From an uncultured Bacillales bacterium (GTDB lineage: Bacteria > Bacillota_I > Bacilli_A > RF39 > UBA660): a stretch of 59,012 bases of DNA. This document shows positions 30,501 through 39,297 of the stretch, piece by piece (positions within the stretch are counted from its first letter, which is position 1; each line of letters opens with the position of its first letter). Below the pieces are notes generated by a model. The model was not told the DNA's origin. It made no database searches and saw only the letters and a program-made list of their open reading frames with translations. The stretch spans positions 1 through 59,012 of the forward strand of contig CAMUXV010000003.1 in the NCBI GenBank assembly GCA_947164795.1, given 5' to 3'. The translations under genes and the position numbers were made by a program.

Positions 30501-32247
30501 AGATATGTATGATTCTAATAAAGAATATAGTGTATCTGAAACATTTGAATTGAGTATTAAATATTTAAATATTACTAATGAAACAGTAACTAATAGAGCT
30601 AAAATTGAAGTTATATTAGATAATAATAGTAAACCAAGTGAAACTACTACTGAAGATGTTACTGTTAAAGAAGGTAGTGTTAAAGCTGTATATTTAGAAA
30701 ATGGTAAAGAGACTAATGTTCTAGAAGAAGAATATACTAATACTGGTCTTGTTGGTACTAACTATGAAACTCCATTCAAACCTGTATTTGGTTATACTTT
30801 AGATAAAGATCCTGAAAATAAGAATGGTTCTTATGTTGAAGGTGAAACTTTAGTTAAGTATTTATATAATAAGAATAAAGGTACTTTTGTAGAGGAACCT
30901 ACTGCTGAAAAGAATGGACCAGATAGTGTAGCTAGTATTAATAGTGAATTTGAATATACTATTACTGGTAGCGCTAGTATTAAGGATTATGTTGGTACTT
31001 ATAAAGTTAAAGTAGTAGATACTTTACCATATAGTATTGATACTGAAAAATCTACTTTAGATAATAGATGTACTTATGATGGTAATAATACTATTACTTG
31101 TGTAAGTGAAGAAAAGACAGTTGCTGAAAGTGATTATGTAATTACTGAAGCTGGTGAAAAGGTATTTAACATTAAAGAGACATTTACTTTAAGTTTAGTA
31201 TATGTTGGTATTAAAACTGAAAGTGTTAAAAATAGTGCTAAAGTTGAAATTATCTTAGATGATAATAGTAAAGAAAGTCCAGTTGATACAGCAGAAACTG
31301 AAATTAAAAAAGGTACTGTTAAAGCTACTTATAATACTACTGATGGAGAAGAACTAGCTGATGCAGTTACTACTACTGGTATTGGTGGTAGTGAATATAC
31401 TACTGAAGCAAAAGAATTCTTTGGATATCATTTAAAAGAAGCTAAGGGGTATACAACTGGTACTTATGTAGCAGAAAAAGAAATACTTGTTGAATATATA
31501 TATGAATTAAATGATGGTGAAATTACTAATAATAAAGTAACTAAAGAAGGACCTGAAATTATTAGTGATGTTAATGACTATACGGAGTATGTATTTACTT
31601 ATGATGGTACTGTTAAGGATTATATTGGTAAAGCTACTCTTACACTAACTGATGTTCTTCCATATGAAATATATTCTGCTGGATATGATGATAGATGTGA
31701 TTATGATTTTGAAAATAATACATTTACTTGCAAAGTAGAATATGATATTACTGAAGAAGATTATGTTAATGGAGAATATAATATTCATGAAGAATTTTAC
31801 TTAGATGTTATCTATGGGGAACTTGATAGTGATGTTATTACTAATAAAGTAGATTCTAAGTTAGAACTTAGAAAAGTATATAAGGATTCTGAATCTTCAG
31901 TTGATAGTAAAGTACTTAAAGGTGAATTACTTGTAAGTTATGTTGATGAAGAGGGTAATGTACTTGATAGTTATACTATTACTGATTATGCTGGTCTTTA
32001 TTATGAAACTGAGGAAAGAGAATTTGATGGATATACATTTAAGAGTAATTCTGATAATGTTGAAGGATTCTTAATTGCTAATGAAACTATATATGTAGAA
32101 TATGTATATAGTAAGAATGTTGGTACATATGAAGAATTACCTCCTCAAACTGGTGTTGAAGATATTTCAGTAAATTATATTGGTTACGTACTAGCGGCTT
32201 TCTTATTTATCTTACTTGGTAAGAAGAAAGAAGTTAAAAATAATTAA
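27517..32247 (+). CDS. cell-wall-anchored adhesin: signal peptide, vWA domain, MucBP-like and isopeptide-type repeats, PPQTG sorting signal
   Basis: Signal peptide ...PIKVFAAEG. MIDAS motif VVIVLDTSGSM with GGTNL and GDGEPT. Seven G..Y.T....GY MucBP-like units. Four F.YTI...TD.LPY modules. C-terminus LPPQTG + hydrophobic stretch + KKKEVKNN (32137-32244). Confidence 0.8.
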   Translation: MKKIFNKFTKILLLVAMVISDLMTPIKVFAAEGEAVTPKKGDVGINETVSNEGSVTVTKGSIENPGDVMVTKTVKKNGEGKFTVEFEVKGKDAESTTTVVKPVYVVIVLDTSGSMICDADNGSYAFDNSFSAGWDSRSYTAADGETIYCSNARYHSDYILTDKWENAVSGAVTFSENLADLDNTYASVVTFASTATTATAFAHGALSESDFSHPVGGTNLEQGLSNAKSALDGITDANAQKYIVLIGDGEPTFYGSGIKDNDGYDNYPTATSNAKTTADNIKNSGINIFTIGYGIDNNTNAQNILKYVSSNTDAQGTYTDNGYYQSANSSGIAGTLQTVFNQLSTSIAGTGATLTDNIGSSFSVDASSSDLITVVGSSVSNTDKFDITEDVTKISFDVEINGDEADGWVNVNEGFTLTYTDYNGEEKTITYGSDEPQPQVYWERNTYNYVINYYKDEVTNTSDSEHYLGTSGNLSAFNGETITLTDEQKNAHIITGYELSSSNVYTITIDKTKDNIINVLYTLKKFDYNVNYYYDGIKDNDKSYTESDVTYGTVVNANELYFANTDEYSLDTENSTSGNVTINNNGITIDIYYIKNSYRYEVHYNFNGNEDTDFAKNPAALYGTELFAGDFYLTSSELATNYSDYFLEPGNSKNTETITVGNKENRLDIYYVNTNFSNNESITKSATTNGNKVTSSNQVVNYKINYSDVINNVRGGDTVTVTLVDTLPFKGTVTGLTEGCSYDNDKTITCTITKTADKFESHYEVSEEVEYSVVYEDFADISASSNPKLVNTVNGKTTVTSGNIVKESAGVEATAEVPVEISGNLIVHHYTKDEEGNNVSVYSDERSSALVGSDYETNYRTDIIGYTVDTDSIPSNKDGKYAVNDTEVTYYYVKKDGVIDNPTTVKSFVREEGQTENIVESVNSTFNYTITGTATIKDYIGTYKVRATDYLPYKLDTTDMEKLDENDNIYKVNDKCVYDGNMTIVCESETKNITKDMYDSNKEYSVSETFELSIKYLNITNETVTNRAKIEVILDNNSKPSETTTEDVTVKEGSVKAVYLENGKETNVLEEEYTNTGLVGTNYETPFKPVFGYTLDKDPENKNGSYVEGETLVKYLYNKNKGTFVEEPTAEKNGPDSVASINSEFEYTITGSASIKDYVGTYKVKVVDTLPYSIDTEKSTLDNRCTYDGNNTITCVSEEKTVAESDYVITEAGEKVFNIKETFTLSLVYVGIKTESVKNSAKVEIILDDNSKESPVDTAETEIKKGTVKATYNTTDGEELADAVTTTGIGGSEYTTEAKEFFGYHLKEAKGYTTGTYVAEKEILVEYIYELNDGEITNNKVTKEGPEIISDVNDYTEYVFTYDGTVKDYIGKATLTLTDVLPYEIYSAGYDDRCDYDFENNTFTCKVEYDITEEDYVNGEYNIHEEFYLDVIYGELDSDVITNKVDSKLELRKVYKDSESSVDSKVLKGELLVSYVDEEGNVLDSYTITDYAGLYYETEEREFDGYTFKSNSDNVEGFLIANETIYVEYVYSKNVGTYEELPPQTGVEDISVNYIGYVLAAFLFILLGKKKEVKNN

Positions 32248-32251
32248 TATG

Positions 32252-32284
32252 AAAAGAGACTAAATGTGTATAGTCTCTTTTTTG
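32252..32284. terminator. bidirectional terminator between the convergent adhesin and hydrolase genes
   Basis: 11-bp stem AAAAGAGACTA/TAGTCTCTTTT with an 8-nt loop, flanked by A-run and T-run. Confidence 0.6.
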
Positions 32285-32958
32285 ATGTCTATATTTTCTT
32301 TATTTAAAAAGTTTATTATTATGTTTTTAATTTCTTTGTATCTATTATTTGAAATTGTGTTATGTGCTATATTATCTATTTTAAATAAAGTAACTGACTT
32401 AGAACTAATATTATTATATATGTAATTAATTGATTTTTCTGATACTATTTTATCATCTTTTCCCCATAATATTAGGGTGGGACACTTAATATTTTTGATG
32501 TCTTCTTGATGTTCAATTACTAAATTTAGAAATTCTTTAAATGTTTTTCTTGGTACTTTTATTAAATTTGATAATATTGTTTTTATTGAATAGTTTTTAA
32601 GTAATTTAATTCCTTCTTTGGAACATAAATCTTTTTTGTTTTGATATTTATATGCGGGAGAAGCTAAAATTAATTTGGCTATTTCTTTATAAATAGAAGC
32701 TAGATAGCAGGCAATTACTCCTCCCATACTATGTCCGATTAGATATATTTCTTTATAGTTTTTATTTATTATTTTTATTAATTCTTCTTCAGATTTATCT
32801 AACCATTCTTCTTTTGTTACATTGTTTATCCTTTTGTTTTTATGCCCTGGAAGAGTAAAATGAAAGACATCATAATTTTTATTTAAGTCATTTATTAATT
32901 CTCCAAAGTCATTAGGAGTTCCTCCTAAACCATGTATTAGTAAAACAGCTTTTTTCAT
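32260..32958 (-). CDS. alpha/beta hydrolase (carboxylesterase-like)
   Basis: Start MKKAVLLIHGLGGTP follows AGGTGA. GHSMGG nucleophile elbow. C-terminal His region (IAHNT). Confidence 0.7.
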   Translation of the reverse strand: MKKAVLLIHGLGGTPNDFGELINDLNKNYDVFHFTLPGHKNKRINNVTKEEWLDKSEEELIKIINKNYKEIYLIGHSMGGVIACYLASIYKEIAKLILASPAYKYQNKKDLCSKEGIKLLKNYSIKTILSNLIKVPRKTFKEFLNLVIEHQEDIKNIKCPTLILWGKDDKIVSEKSINYIYNNISSKSVTLFKIDNIAHNTISNNRYKEIKNIIINFLNKENIDIKKETIHI

Positions 32959-33011
32959 AAAATCACCTAATAATATTTTAACATATTTTTTTAATATAAA
33001 ATATATAAAAT

Positions 33012-33038
33012 TTAGCAATAAAGTGTTGACATTGCTAA
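33012..33038 (+). promoter_or_regulatory. CIRCE-like HrcA operator 1 (TTAGCAATA-N9-CATTGCTAA)
   Basis: A 9-9-9 inverted repeat that keeps the TTAGCA/TGCTAA ends of the CIRCE consensus TTAGCACTC-N9-GAGTGCTAA. It overlaps the -35 box. Confidence 0.6.
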
Positions 33039-33054
33039 ATAATAGTAATATAAT
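33026..33054 (+). promoter_or_regulatory. hrcA operon sigma-A promoter TTGACA-17-TATAAT
   Basis: TTGACA at 33026-33031 and TATAAT at 33049-33054. Confidence 0.6.
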
Positions 33055-33058
33055 AATA

Positions 33059-33086
33059 TTAGCAATCGAAAGATAATGATTGCTAA
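33059..33086 (+). promoter_or_regulatory. CIRCE-like HrcA operator 2 (TTAGCAATC-N10-GATTGCTAA)
   Basis: Perfect 9-bp inverted repeat starting 5 nt after the -10 box. The spacer is 10 nt rather than 9. Confidence 0.5.
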
Positions 33087-33100
33087 AGGAAGTGATTTCT

Positions 33101-34105
33101 TTGATAACAAACAGACAAAGAGAAATACTTAAGGAGATTGTTGAAGAATATATTAAGACTGCTAAACCAGTTAGTTCTAATCATATTTGTAAGAAACTTA
33201 AGTGTTCTTCTGCGACAATTAGAAATGAAATGGTGAGACTAGAAGAACTTCATTATCTAGAGAAAAATCATTTTGCATCGGGTAGAATACCTAGTGAAGA
33301 AGGGTATAAGTATTATGTTGATAATTTAATGGCTCCGAAAGATATGACTGGGGAAGATATGCTAAAACTTCAAACGATATTTAAGAATAATTCACTAGAC
33401 CTTAATGATACGATTAAGAAGAGTATTGAAATAGTTAGCGAAATTACTAATTATACGGCAATAGTACTTGGTAGTTCATCTAAAGAAAATAGACTTAAGA
33501 AAGTTGAAGTAGTACCACTAGAGGAAAACAGAGTATTATCAATAGTTATTACTGATAGAGGAGTAGTTCAGCATAAGATACTTAGTTTACCTGATAGAGT
33601 ATCTAATGAAGATGTTAAGAAGACAGTAGAACTAATTAATAAGTTAGTAGTGGGTACTCCGATTAATGAAGTTAGTGAGAAGTTAGAGTATGAAGTTAAA
33701 CCTATTATTAGAGATTATGTTAGTCAGTATGAAGCTTTATATAATACTTTTTATGATGCATTTCATGAATTTACGGTAGAAAGAAATAATAATACTTATT
33801 TTGGTGGTAGAACTAATATGCTTAAACAACCAGAATTTAATAGTATTGATAAGGTAAAAGAAATACTTAGTAAGTTTGAAGATGTTGATAGTATTTCGAA
33901 GATGAGAGAAGAAGAGAATGGTATTAACATTTATGTTGGTAGTGAGACTGAACTTATGGATGATGTATCTGTTATAAAGACTAAATATAATGTAAATGGT
34001 GAAGAAGGTACGATTGCTATTATAGGTCCTAAAAGAATGGAATATGGTAGAGTTGTAGCACTTCTTGATTATATAAAAAATAACCTAGGAGGTAATGATG
34101 AGTAA
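33101..34105 (+). CDS. hrcA: heat-inducible transcription repressor HrcA
   Basis: TTG start 8 nt after AAGGAAG; the track start at 33080 lies inside operator 2. (L)[25 protein letters not shown] winged-helix N-terminus. Gene order hrcA-grpE-dnaK-dnaJ. Confidence 0.85.
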   Translation: MITNRQREILKEIVEEYIKTAKPVSSNHICKKLKCSSATIRNEMVRLEELHYLEKNHFASGRIPSEEGYKYYVDNLMAPKDMTGEDMLKLQTIFKNNSLDLNDTIKKSIEIVSEITNYTAIVLGSSSKENRLKKVEVVPLEENRVLSIVITDRGVVQHKILSLPDRVSNEDVKKTVELINKLVVGTPINEVSEKLEYEVKPIIRDYVSQYEALYNTFYDAFHEFTVERNNNTYFGGRTNMLKQPEFNSIDKVKEILSKFEDVDSISKMREEENGINIYVGSETELMDDVSVIKTKYNVNGEEGTIAIIGPKRMEYGRVVALLDYIKNNLGGNDE

Positions 34106-34742
34106 AGATAAAAAGAAAAAGATTGAAGAAGTAAAAGAAGAAAACTGTGGATGCACTGAAGGTAAAGAATGTACATGCGGTGATGGATGCAATTGTGGAG
34201 ACTCTTGTACATGTGGTGATTCTTGTGAATGTGGTGAAGGGTGTACATGTGGTGATAATTGCTCTTGTCATGAAGAATCTAATATAGATGACGAAAGAGA
34301 ATTATTAGGTAAGAGAATTAAAGATTTAGAAGAAGCTCTTCTTAGAAGCCAAGCTGAACTTATTAATTATAAGAAGAGAAAAGATGAAGAGACTGATAGG
34401 ATTATTAAATATGCTGAAGAAGACATATTAAAAGGATTCTTACCAATACTTGATAATTTTGAAAGGGCAATTGGTATGGATGATGATAATCTTAAAGATG
34501 ATGTGTCTAAGTTTCTTGAGGGATTTAAACTTATGTATAAACAAATACAAGAATTACTTGGTAAGTTTGATGTTAAGGAGATTGATGCTTTGAATAAAGA
34601 ATTTGATCCCGCTATTCATAATGCAGTAGCTATGGATAAGAAAGAAGGCGTTAAGTCTGGAACTGTGACGGAGGTACTTCAAAAAGGTTATATGTACAAA
34701 GATAGAGTTCTAAGAACAGCGATGGTAAAAGTTAATGAATAA
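34095..34742 (+). CDS. grpE: nucleotide exchange factor GrpE with Cys-rich N-terminal extension
   Basis: AGGAGG RBS. Canonical GrpE helix and beta domain ([52 protein letters not shown]) preceded by the repeat described separately. Confidence 0.85.
   Translation: MMSKDKKKKIEEVKEENCGCTEGKECTCGDGCNCGDSCTCGDSCECGEGCTCGDNCSCHEESNIDDERELLGKRIKDLEEALLRSQAELINYKKRKDEETDRIIKYAEEDILKGFLPILDNFERAIGMDDDNLKDDVSKFLEGFKLMYKQIQELLGKFDVKEIDALNKEFDPAIHNAVAMDKKEGVKSGTVTEVLQKGYMYKDRVLRTAMVKVNE
34146..34271 (+). repeat. tandem 18-nt coding repeat specifying (C-x-C-G-D/E-x)n
   Basis: [42 protein letters not shown] read directly from the translation. Confidence 0.85.
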
Positions 34743-34965
34743 AGAGGTTATTAAAGAAATAATATATATTGCTATTGCAATTATACTTGCTATCTTAGCT
34801 ATTAAATTTGTTATATGGGCTTTACCTGTAATATTAATAGGGTTACTTGCAATATTTATTTATATTTCAATTAAGAAAGATAAGTATAAGAAAAGTAATA
34901 TAAGTAAAAGTACAGATAAGAATAAAAGGATGAAAGTTATACATGAATTTGATGATAAGGATTAA
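34735..34965 (+). CDS. small two-TM membrane protein (hypothetical)
   Basis: The ATG overlaps the grpE stop (ATGAATAA). Two hydrophobic helices and a K-rich tail. Confidence 0.5.
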   Translation: MNKEVIKEIIYIAIAIILAILAIKFVIWALPVILIGLLAIFIYISIKKDKYKKSNISKSTDKNKRMKVIHEFDDKD

Positions 34966-34967
34966 CT

Positions 34968-35270
34968 ATGAATAATATAGAATTATTATTTCAAGCTCTT
35001 GGTATTATATCTAGTATATCAGGAAATGAATATAGTTTAGATGATATATTTATTGGTAGTAATCCTAAGATATTTGATTATTCTAATAGACTTCTTTTTG
35101 ATATATTAGACTTACTTGATAAAGGTTATAGTGAAGAAGATATTATTAGATTAATTAATGATTGTGAGTTTAATGGTATTAATGATTTAAATGATGAGGA
35201 AAAGAATTATTTAAAGAGTGATGCTAAGAAGACTTTAAAAAAGATTATAAATAATAGAAAAGGAGAATGA
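34968..35270 (+). CDS. small acidic hypothetical protein
   Basis: Starts 2 nt after the previous stop. Its stop overlaps the dnaK RBS region. Confidence 0.45.
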   Translation: MNNIELLFQALGIISSISGNEYSLDDIFIGSNPKIFDYSNRLLFDILDLLDKGYSEEDIIRLINDCEFNGINDLNDEEKNYLKSDAKKTLKKIINNRKGE

Positions 35271-35275
35271 TATAT

Positions 35276-37111
35276 ATGAGTAAAATTATAGGAATTGACT
35301 TAGGTACCACAAATAGTTGTGTTGCCGTATATGAAGGGGGAGAGGCTAAAGTTATTACTAATCCCGAAGGAGCTAGAACTACTCCTTCAGTAGTAGCTTT
35401 TAAGAATGGAGATATTATTGTAGGTCAAAAAGCTAAGAACCAAATGGTTACGAATAAGGATACAATATCTTCTATTAAGAGAAAAATGGGTACTAGTGAG
35501 AAAGTGGAGGCTAATGATAAGAAGTATACTCCAGAAGAAATATCTGCAATGATACTAGGAGACCTTAAAAAGACTGCGGAAGCTTATCTTGGTGAGACTG
35601 TAAGTAAAGCTGTTATTACAGTACCTGCTTACTTTAATGATAGTCAAAGACAAGCTACGAAAAATGCTGGTAAGATAGCAGGACTTGAAGTAGAGAGAAT
35701 TATTAATGAACCTACTGCTGCTGCTTTAGCATATGGCCTTGATAAACAAGATAAGATGCAAACAGTACTTGTTTATGACCTTGGAGGTGGTACATTTGAT
35801 GTATCTATCCTAGAATTAGGTGATGGTGTATTTGAAGTTAAATCTACTAGTGGTAATAATAAACTAGGAGGAGACGACTTTGATGAGAGAATCATGGACT
35901 GGATGGTTAAGGAATTTAAGAAAGAATCTGGTATAGACTTATCTAATGATAAGATGGCTATGCAAAGAGTTAAAGATGCTGCAGAGAAAGCTAAGAAAGA
36001 TTTAAGTGGTATGACTACTACTGAGATATCTTTACCGTTCATTTCTCAAGGAGAAGAAGGACCTATTCATTTGAATATGAGTTTAACTAGAGCTAAATTT
36101 GAAGATTTAATTAGTGATTTAGTAGAGTCTACTACTGAACCGGTTAGAAAAGCTTTAAAGGATGCAGGACTTACTGCAAAAGATATTGATAAAGTTTTAC
36201 TAGTAGGTGGATCTACTAGAATACCTTGTGTACAAGAACTTGTTAAGAAAGAGCTTGGTAAAGAACCTTCGAAAGAGGTTAACCCTGATGAAGTTGTTGC
36301 TATGGGTGCTTCTATTCAAGGTGGAGTACTTACAGGAGATGTTAATGATATCGTACTTCTTGATGTTACACCATTATCTCTTGGTATTGAAACACTTGGT
36401 GGCGTTATGACGGTTCTTATTCCTAGAAATACGACTATTCCTACTAGTAAGAGTCAGGTATTTTCAACAGCTGCTGATAATCAACCAGCAGTAGATATTC
36501 ATGTATTACAAGGTGAAAGACCAATGGCTAATGATAATAAGACACTTGGTAACTTCCAACTTACAAATATTCCACCTGCTCCTAGAGGTGTACCACAAAT
36601 AGAGGTTTCATTTGATATTGATGCTAATGGTATTGTTAATGTTAAAGCTAAAGACTTAGGTACAAATAAAGAACAATCTATTACAATTACCGCCACTAAT
36701 ACTTTAAGTGATGAAGAAATTGATAAGATGATGAAAGAAGCTGAGAAAAATAAAGAAGCAGATGCTAAAAAGAAAGAAGTAGCAGATGCTAAGAATGATG
36801 CTGAACAGGTTGTGTTTATGACAGAGAAAGCTCTTAAAGATTTAGGTGAAAAAGTGTCTGATAGTGATAAAAAAGAAGCAGAAGAGTTAATGGAAGAGAC
36901 TAAGAAAGCAATAGAGACTGAAGATGTTGAAAAGATTAATAAAGCTAAGGATAAATTATTAGAGAAAGCTAATGCTCTAGCTACTAAGGTTTATGAAGAG
37001 GCTGCAAAAAATAATCAAAGTACTTCTGAAACTACTGAAGAACCTAAAGAAGAAAAAAAGACTAAGAAAAATGATGATGGCGTAGTAGATGCTGAATATG
37101 AAGAAAAATAA
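35276..37111 (+). CDS. dnaK: molecular chaperone DnaK
   Basis: [14 protein letters not shown] (ATG 9 nt after AGGAGA), [33 protein letters not shown]. Confidence 0.95.
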   Translation: MSKIIGIDLGTTNSCVAVYEGGEAKVITNPEGARTTPSVVAFKNGDIIVGQKAKNQMVTNKDTISSIKRKMGTSEKVEANDKKYTPEEISAMILGDLKKTAEAYLGETVSKAVITVPAYFNDSQRQATKNAGKIAGLEVERIINEPTAAALAYGLDKQDKMQTVLVYDLGGGTFDVSILELGDGVFEVKSTSGNNKLGGDDFDERIMDWMVKEFKKESGIDLSNDKMAMQRVKDAAEKAKKDLSGMTTTEISLPFISQGEEGPIHLNMSLTRAKFEDLISDLVESTTEPVRKALKDAGLTAKDIDKVLLVGGSTRIPCVQELVKKELGKEPSKEVNPDEVVAMGASIQGGVLTGDVNDIVLLDVTPLSLGIETLGGVMTVLIPRNTTIPTSKSQVFSTAADNQPAVDIHVLQGERPMANDNKTLGNFQLTNIPPAPRGVPQIEVSFDIDANGIVNVKAKDLGTNKEQSITITATNTLSDEEIDKMMKEAEKNKEADAKKKEVADAKNDAEQVVFMTEKALKDLGEKVSDSDKKEAEELMEETKKAIETEDVEKINKAKDKLLEKANALATKVYEEAAKNNQSTSETTEEPKEEKKTKKNDDGVVDAEYEEK

Positions 37112-37119
37112 TTGGATAA

Positions 37120-37141
37120 AAGTTCTAGCTTGCTAGAACTT
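37120..37141 (+). other. intercistronic stem-loop between dnaK and dnaJ
   Basis: AAGTTCTAGC/GCTAGAACTT near-perfect palindrome with no strong T-run. It may be a partial terminator or an mRNA-processing/stability element. Confidence 0.4.
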
Positions 37142-37163
37142 CTATCTTGTAATAGGAGATATT

Positions 37164-38285
37164 ATGAATAAAAGAGATTATTATGAGGTTTTAGGAGTTT
37201 CTAAAACTGCCAGTCAAGATGAGATTAAGTCAGCATTTAGAAAACTTGCTAAAAAGTATCATCCGGATGTTTCAAAAGAAGAAAATGCTGCGGAAAAGTT
37301 TAAGGAAGCACAAGAAGCTTATGCAGTGTTATCTGATGAAAATAAGAGAAAACAATATGATCAATTTGGGCATGCAGCATTTACGAATAGTCAGGGTGGA
37401 TTCTCTGGATACGAAGGCTTTGACTTTGGAAGTATGGATGATATATTAAGTGAAGTACTTAAAAATTTTGGCTTTCATACAGGAGGAAGTTATTCTAGTT
37501 CGAGGGGAAATCGAAGACAAGATGGTTCCGACTTATTATATCGGATGACAATATCATTTGATGAAGCTGTGCATGGTACGAAGAGGGATATTAAGATAGA
37601 TGTTGAAGATGAATGCTCGGAATGTGATGGTAAAGGTGGTTTTGGTAGTCATACATGCTCTGAATGTAAAGGTTCTGGTACGGTAACTAGACAACAAGCT
37701 TCTTTATTTGGCTCATTCTTATCTAGGACTACTTGTCCTAAATGTGGGGGGACTGGTACTTCTTTTGATAAAACATGTACTATATGTCATGGAAGTGGAA
37801 GAGAAGTTAAGAATAAAACTTTAACTGTTACTATTCCTAAAGGGGTAGATACTGGTAATAGAATAAGACTTGCTGGTAAGGGTGAAGCTGGTACTAATGG
37901 TGGTTATCCAGGAGACCTTTATATTGAGTTTTCAGTTAAAGATGATGAATTTTTCCAAAGAGATGGTAATGATATATATGCTGTAATTCCTTTAACTATT
38001 ACAGAAGCCGCTCTTGGCTGTAAAAAGATGGTTCCTACTATTCATGGTAATGTAGAACTAACCATTCCAGAAGGTACTAAAAATAATACGAGACTTAGAC
38101 TTAAAGGTAAAGGAATTGATTCAGATATTAATAGTAGAAAAGGGGATATGTATGTTATTACTAATGTTATTATTCCTAGCAAACTAAATAGAAAGCAAAA
38201 AGAACTATTTAAAGAACTATCTGATACTGATTTAGATAATGAAAATGAATTTAAAGATTATGAAAAAATACTAAAGAAATATTAG
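37164..38285 (+). CDS. dnaJ: molecular chaperone DnaJ
   Basis: J domain (DYYEVLGV...KKYHPD), G/F region, four CxxCxGxG zinc motifs. Confidence 0.95.
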   Translation: MNKRDYYEVLGVSKTASQDEIKSAFRKLAKKYHPDVSKEENAAEKFKEAQEAYAVLSDENKRKQYDQFGHAAFTNSQGGFSGYEGFDFGSMDDILSEVLKNFGFHTGGSYSSSRGNRRQDGSDLLYRMTISFDEAVHGTKRDIKIDVEDECSECDGKGGFGSHTCSECKGSGTVTRQQASLFGSFLSRTTCPKCGGTGTSFDKTCTICHGSGREVKNKTLTVTIPKGVDTGNRIRLAGKGEAGTNGGYPGDLYIEFSVKDDEFFQRDGNDIYAVIPLTITEAALGCKKMVPTIHGNVELTIPEGTKNNTRLRLKGKGIDSDINSRKGDMYVITNVIIPSKLNRKQKELFKELSDTDLDNENEFKDYEKILKKY

Positions 38286-38351
38286 TATTTTTTTACATAT
38301 AAATGTATATTTTTGTGAAATTTGAAAATCCGACAAAATTTAGTCAGTGTC

Positions 38352-38381
38352 TTGACATAACATTATAAAATGTGATATATT
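38352..38381 (+). promoter_or_regulatory. candidate promoter for the surface-protein block (TTGACA-18-TGaTATATT)
   Basis: TTGACA at 38352-38357, TG at 38373-38374, TATATT at 38376-38381. This leaves a leader of about 190 nt. Confidence 0.35.
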
Positions 38382-38575
38382 AACAATAGGCATAGTATGA
38401 TATCATTTATAATAGTAGAGATGTATATTATAGTGTCAGTAAGAAAGAAAAAGTCTTAAACATTAAGGGCAATGAGGGGAGTGATGAAGTGAATTTTATT
38501 TAAAAAATCGCAATTAGTAGTGTTCATATTCAATTATGGATTACATAATTTACTAAATTGAATTGATGGGAGGAA

Positions 38576-39232
38576 GTGAAGAAAAGAGTGAGATATATAA
38601 ATAAGTTAATGCTTGTATTTTCTCTAGTTCTATTTGCAGCTATTTCAAGAGTTAATGCTGAAGTGGTTAATAATACTGATAGTCCACAGGATGTTAGATT
38701 ATATTTACAGTCAACTGAAAATATAACGCCAGATGAAAAAACTGATGCTTCAGAAGATAAAAAACGTATATGGAATGTAATTTTTTCTACTAATGAATTA
38801 GTATGGAATGTTAATCAAAATGTTGATGGTGGAGCATATTATTATGTATGGAATGCTGAAACCGGAAAATATAGTCGTGAGATTGCCAGAAATAGTGGCG
38901 CAGTAACTACTACTTTAGCAGATAATGAAGCGTCAAAAACAGTAGATATTACCAATAAGTCAAATTTTGATGTTACACCTAGTATAACTATATCTAGTCA
39001 AGATATTACTGGTTTATTTAGTGCAACTTATAATGGTGGGTCAATTGCGTGGAATGTAACTAAAAGTGCTACGGTAACTGTAGATTCAAGTGTTTTAGAA
39101 AGTATTACTGAATTGATACCTGATAATTTTACTAGTAAAACTGTTGGAAATGAAAATGTTTATGTAGCAGGTAATGTCACTATTAATTTAGAAAGTGGTT
39201 CTATATATGCCTCTAATTACAGTCAACCATAA
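38576..39232 (+). CDS. secreted protein A (paralog of the N-terminal half of 40585..41931)
   Basis: Sec signal ...FAAISRVNAEV. Blocks IWNVIFSTNELVWNVNQNVDGGAYYY and ITNKSNFDVTPSITIS are shared with protein D. The start may be the in-frame GTG at 38588. Confidence 0.6.
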   Translation: MKKRVRYINKLMLVFSLVLFAAISRVNAEVVNNTDSPQDVRLYLQSTENITPDEKTDASEDKKRIWNVIFSTNELVWNVNQNVDGGAYYYVWNAETGKYSREIARNSGAVTTTLADNEASKTVDITNKSNFDVTPSITISSQDITGLFSATYNGGSIAWNVTKSATVTVDSSVLESITELIPDNFTSKTVGNENVYVAGNVTINLESGSIYASNYSQP

Positions 39233-39297
39233 AAGCAAATAATGTAACATGATAGAATATACATTGTTATATCTAGTTTTAGAAAGGATATATTAAT

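Noticed and set aside
34029-34271. Minus-strand ORF with striking T/C-rich repeats ([16 protein letters not shown]...).
   Set aside because: It is the mirror image of the GrpE Cys-repeat coding sequence. The plus-strand frame is continuous with a canonical GrpE and has an AGGAGG RBS.
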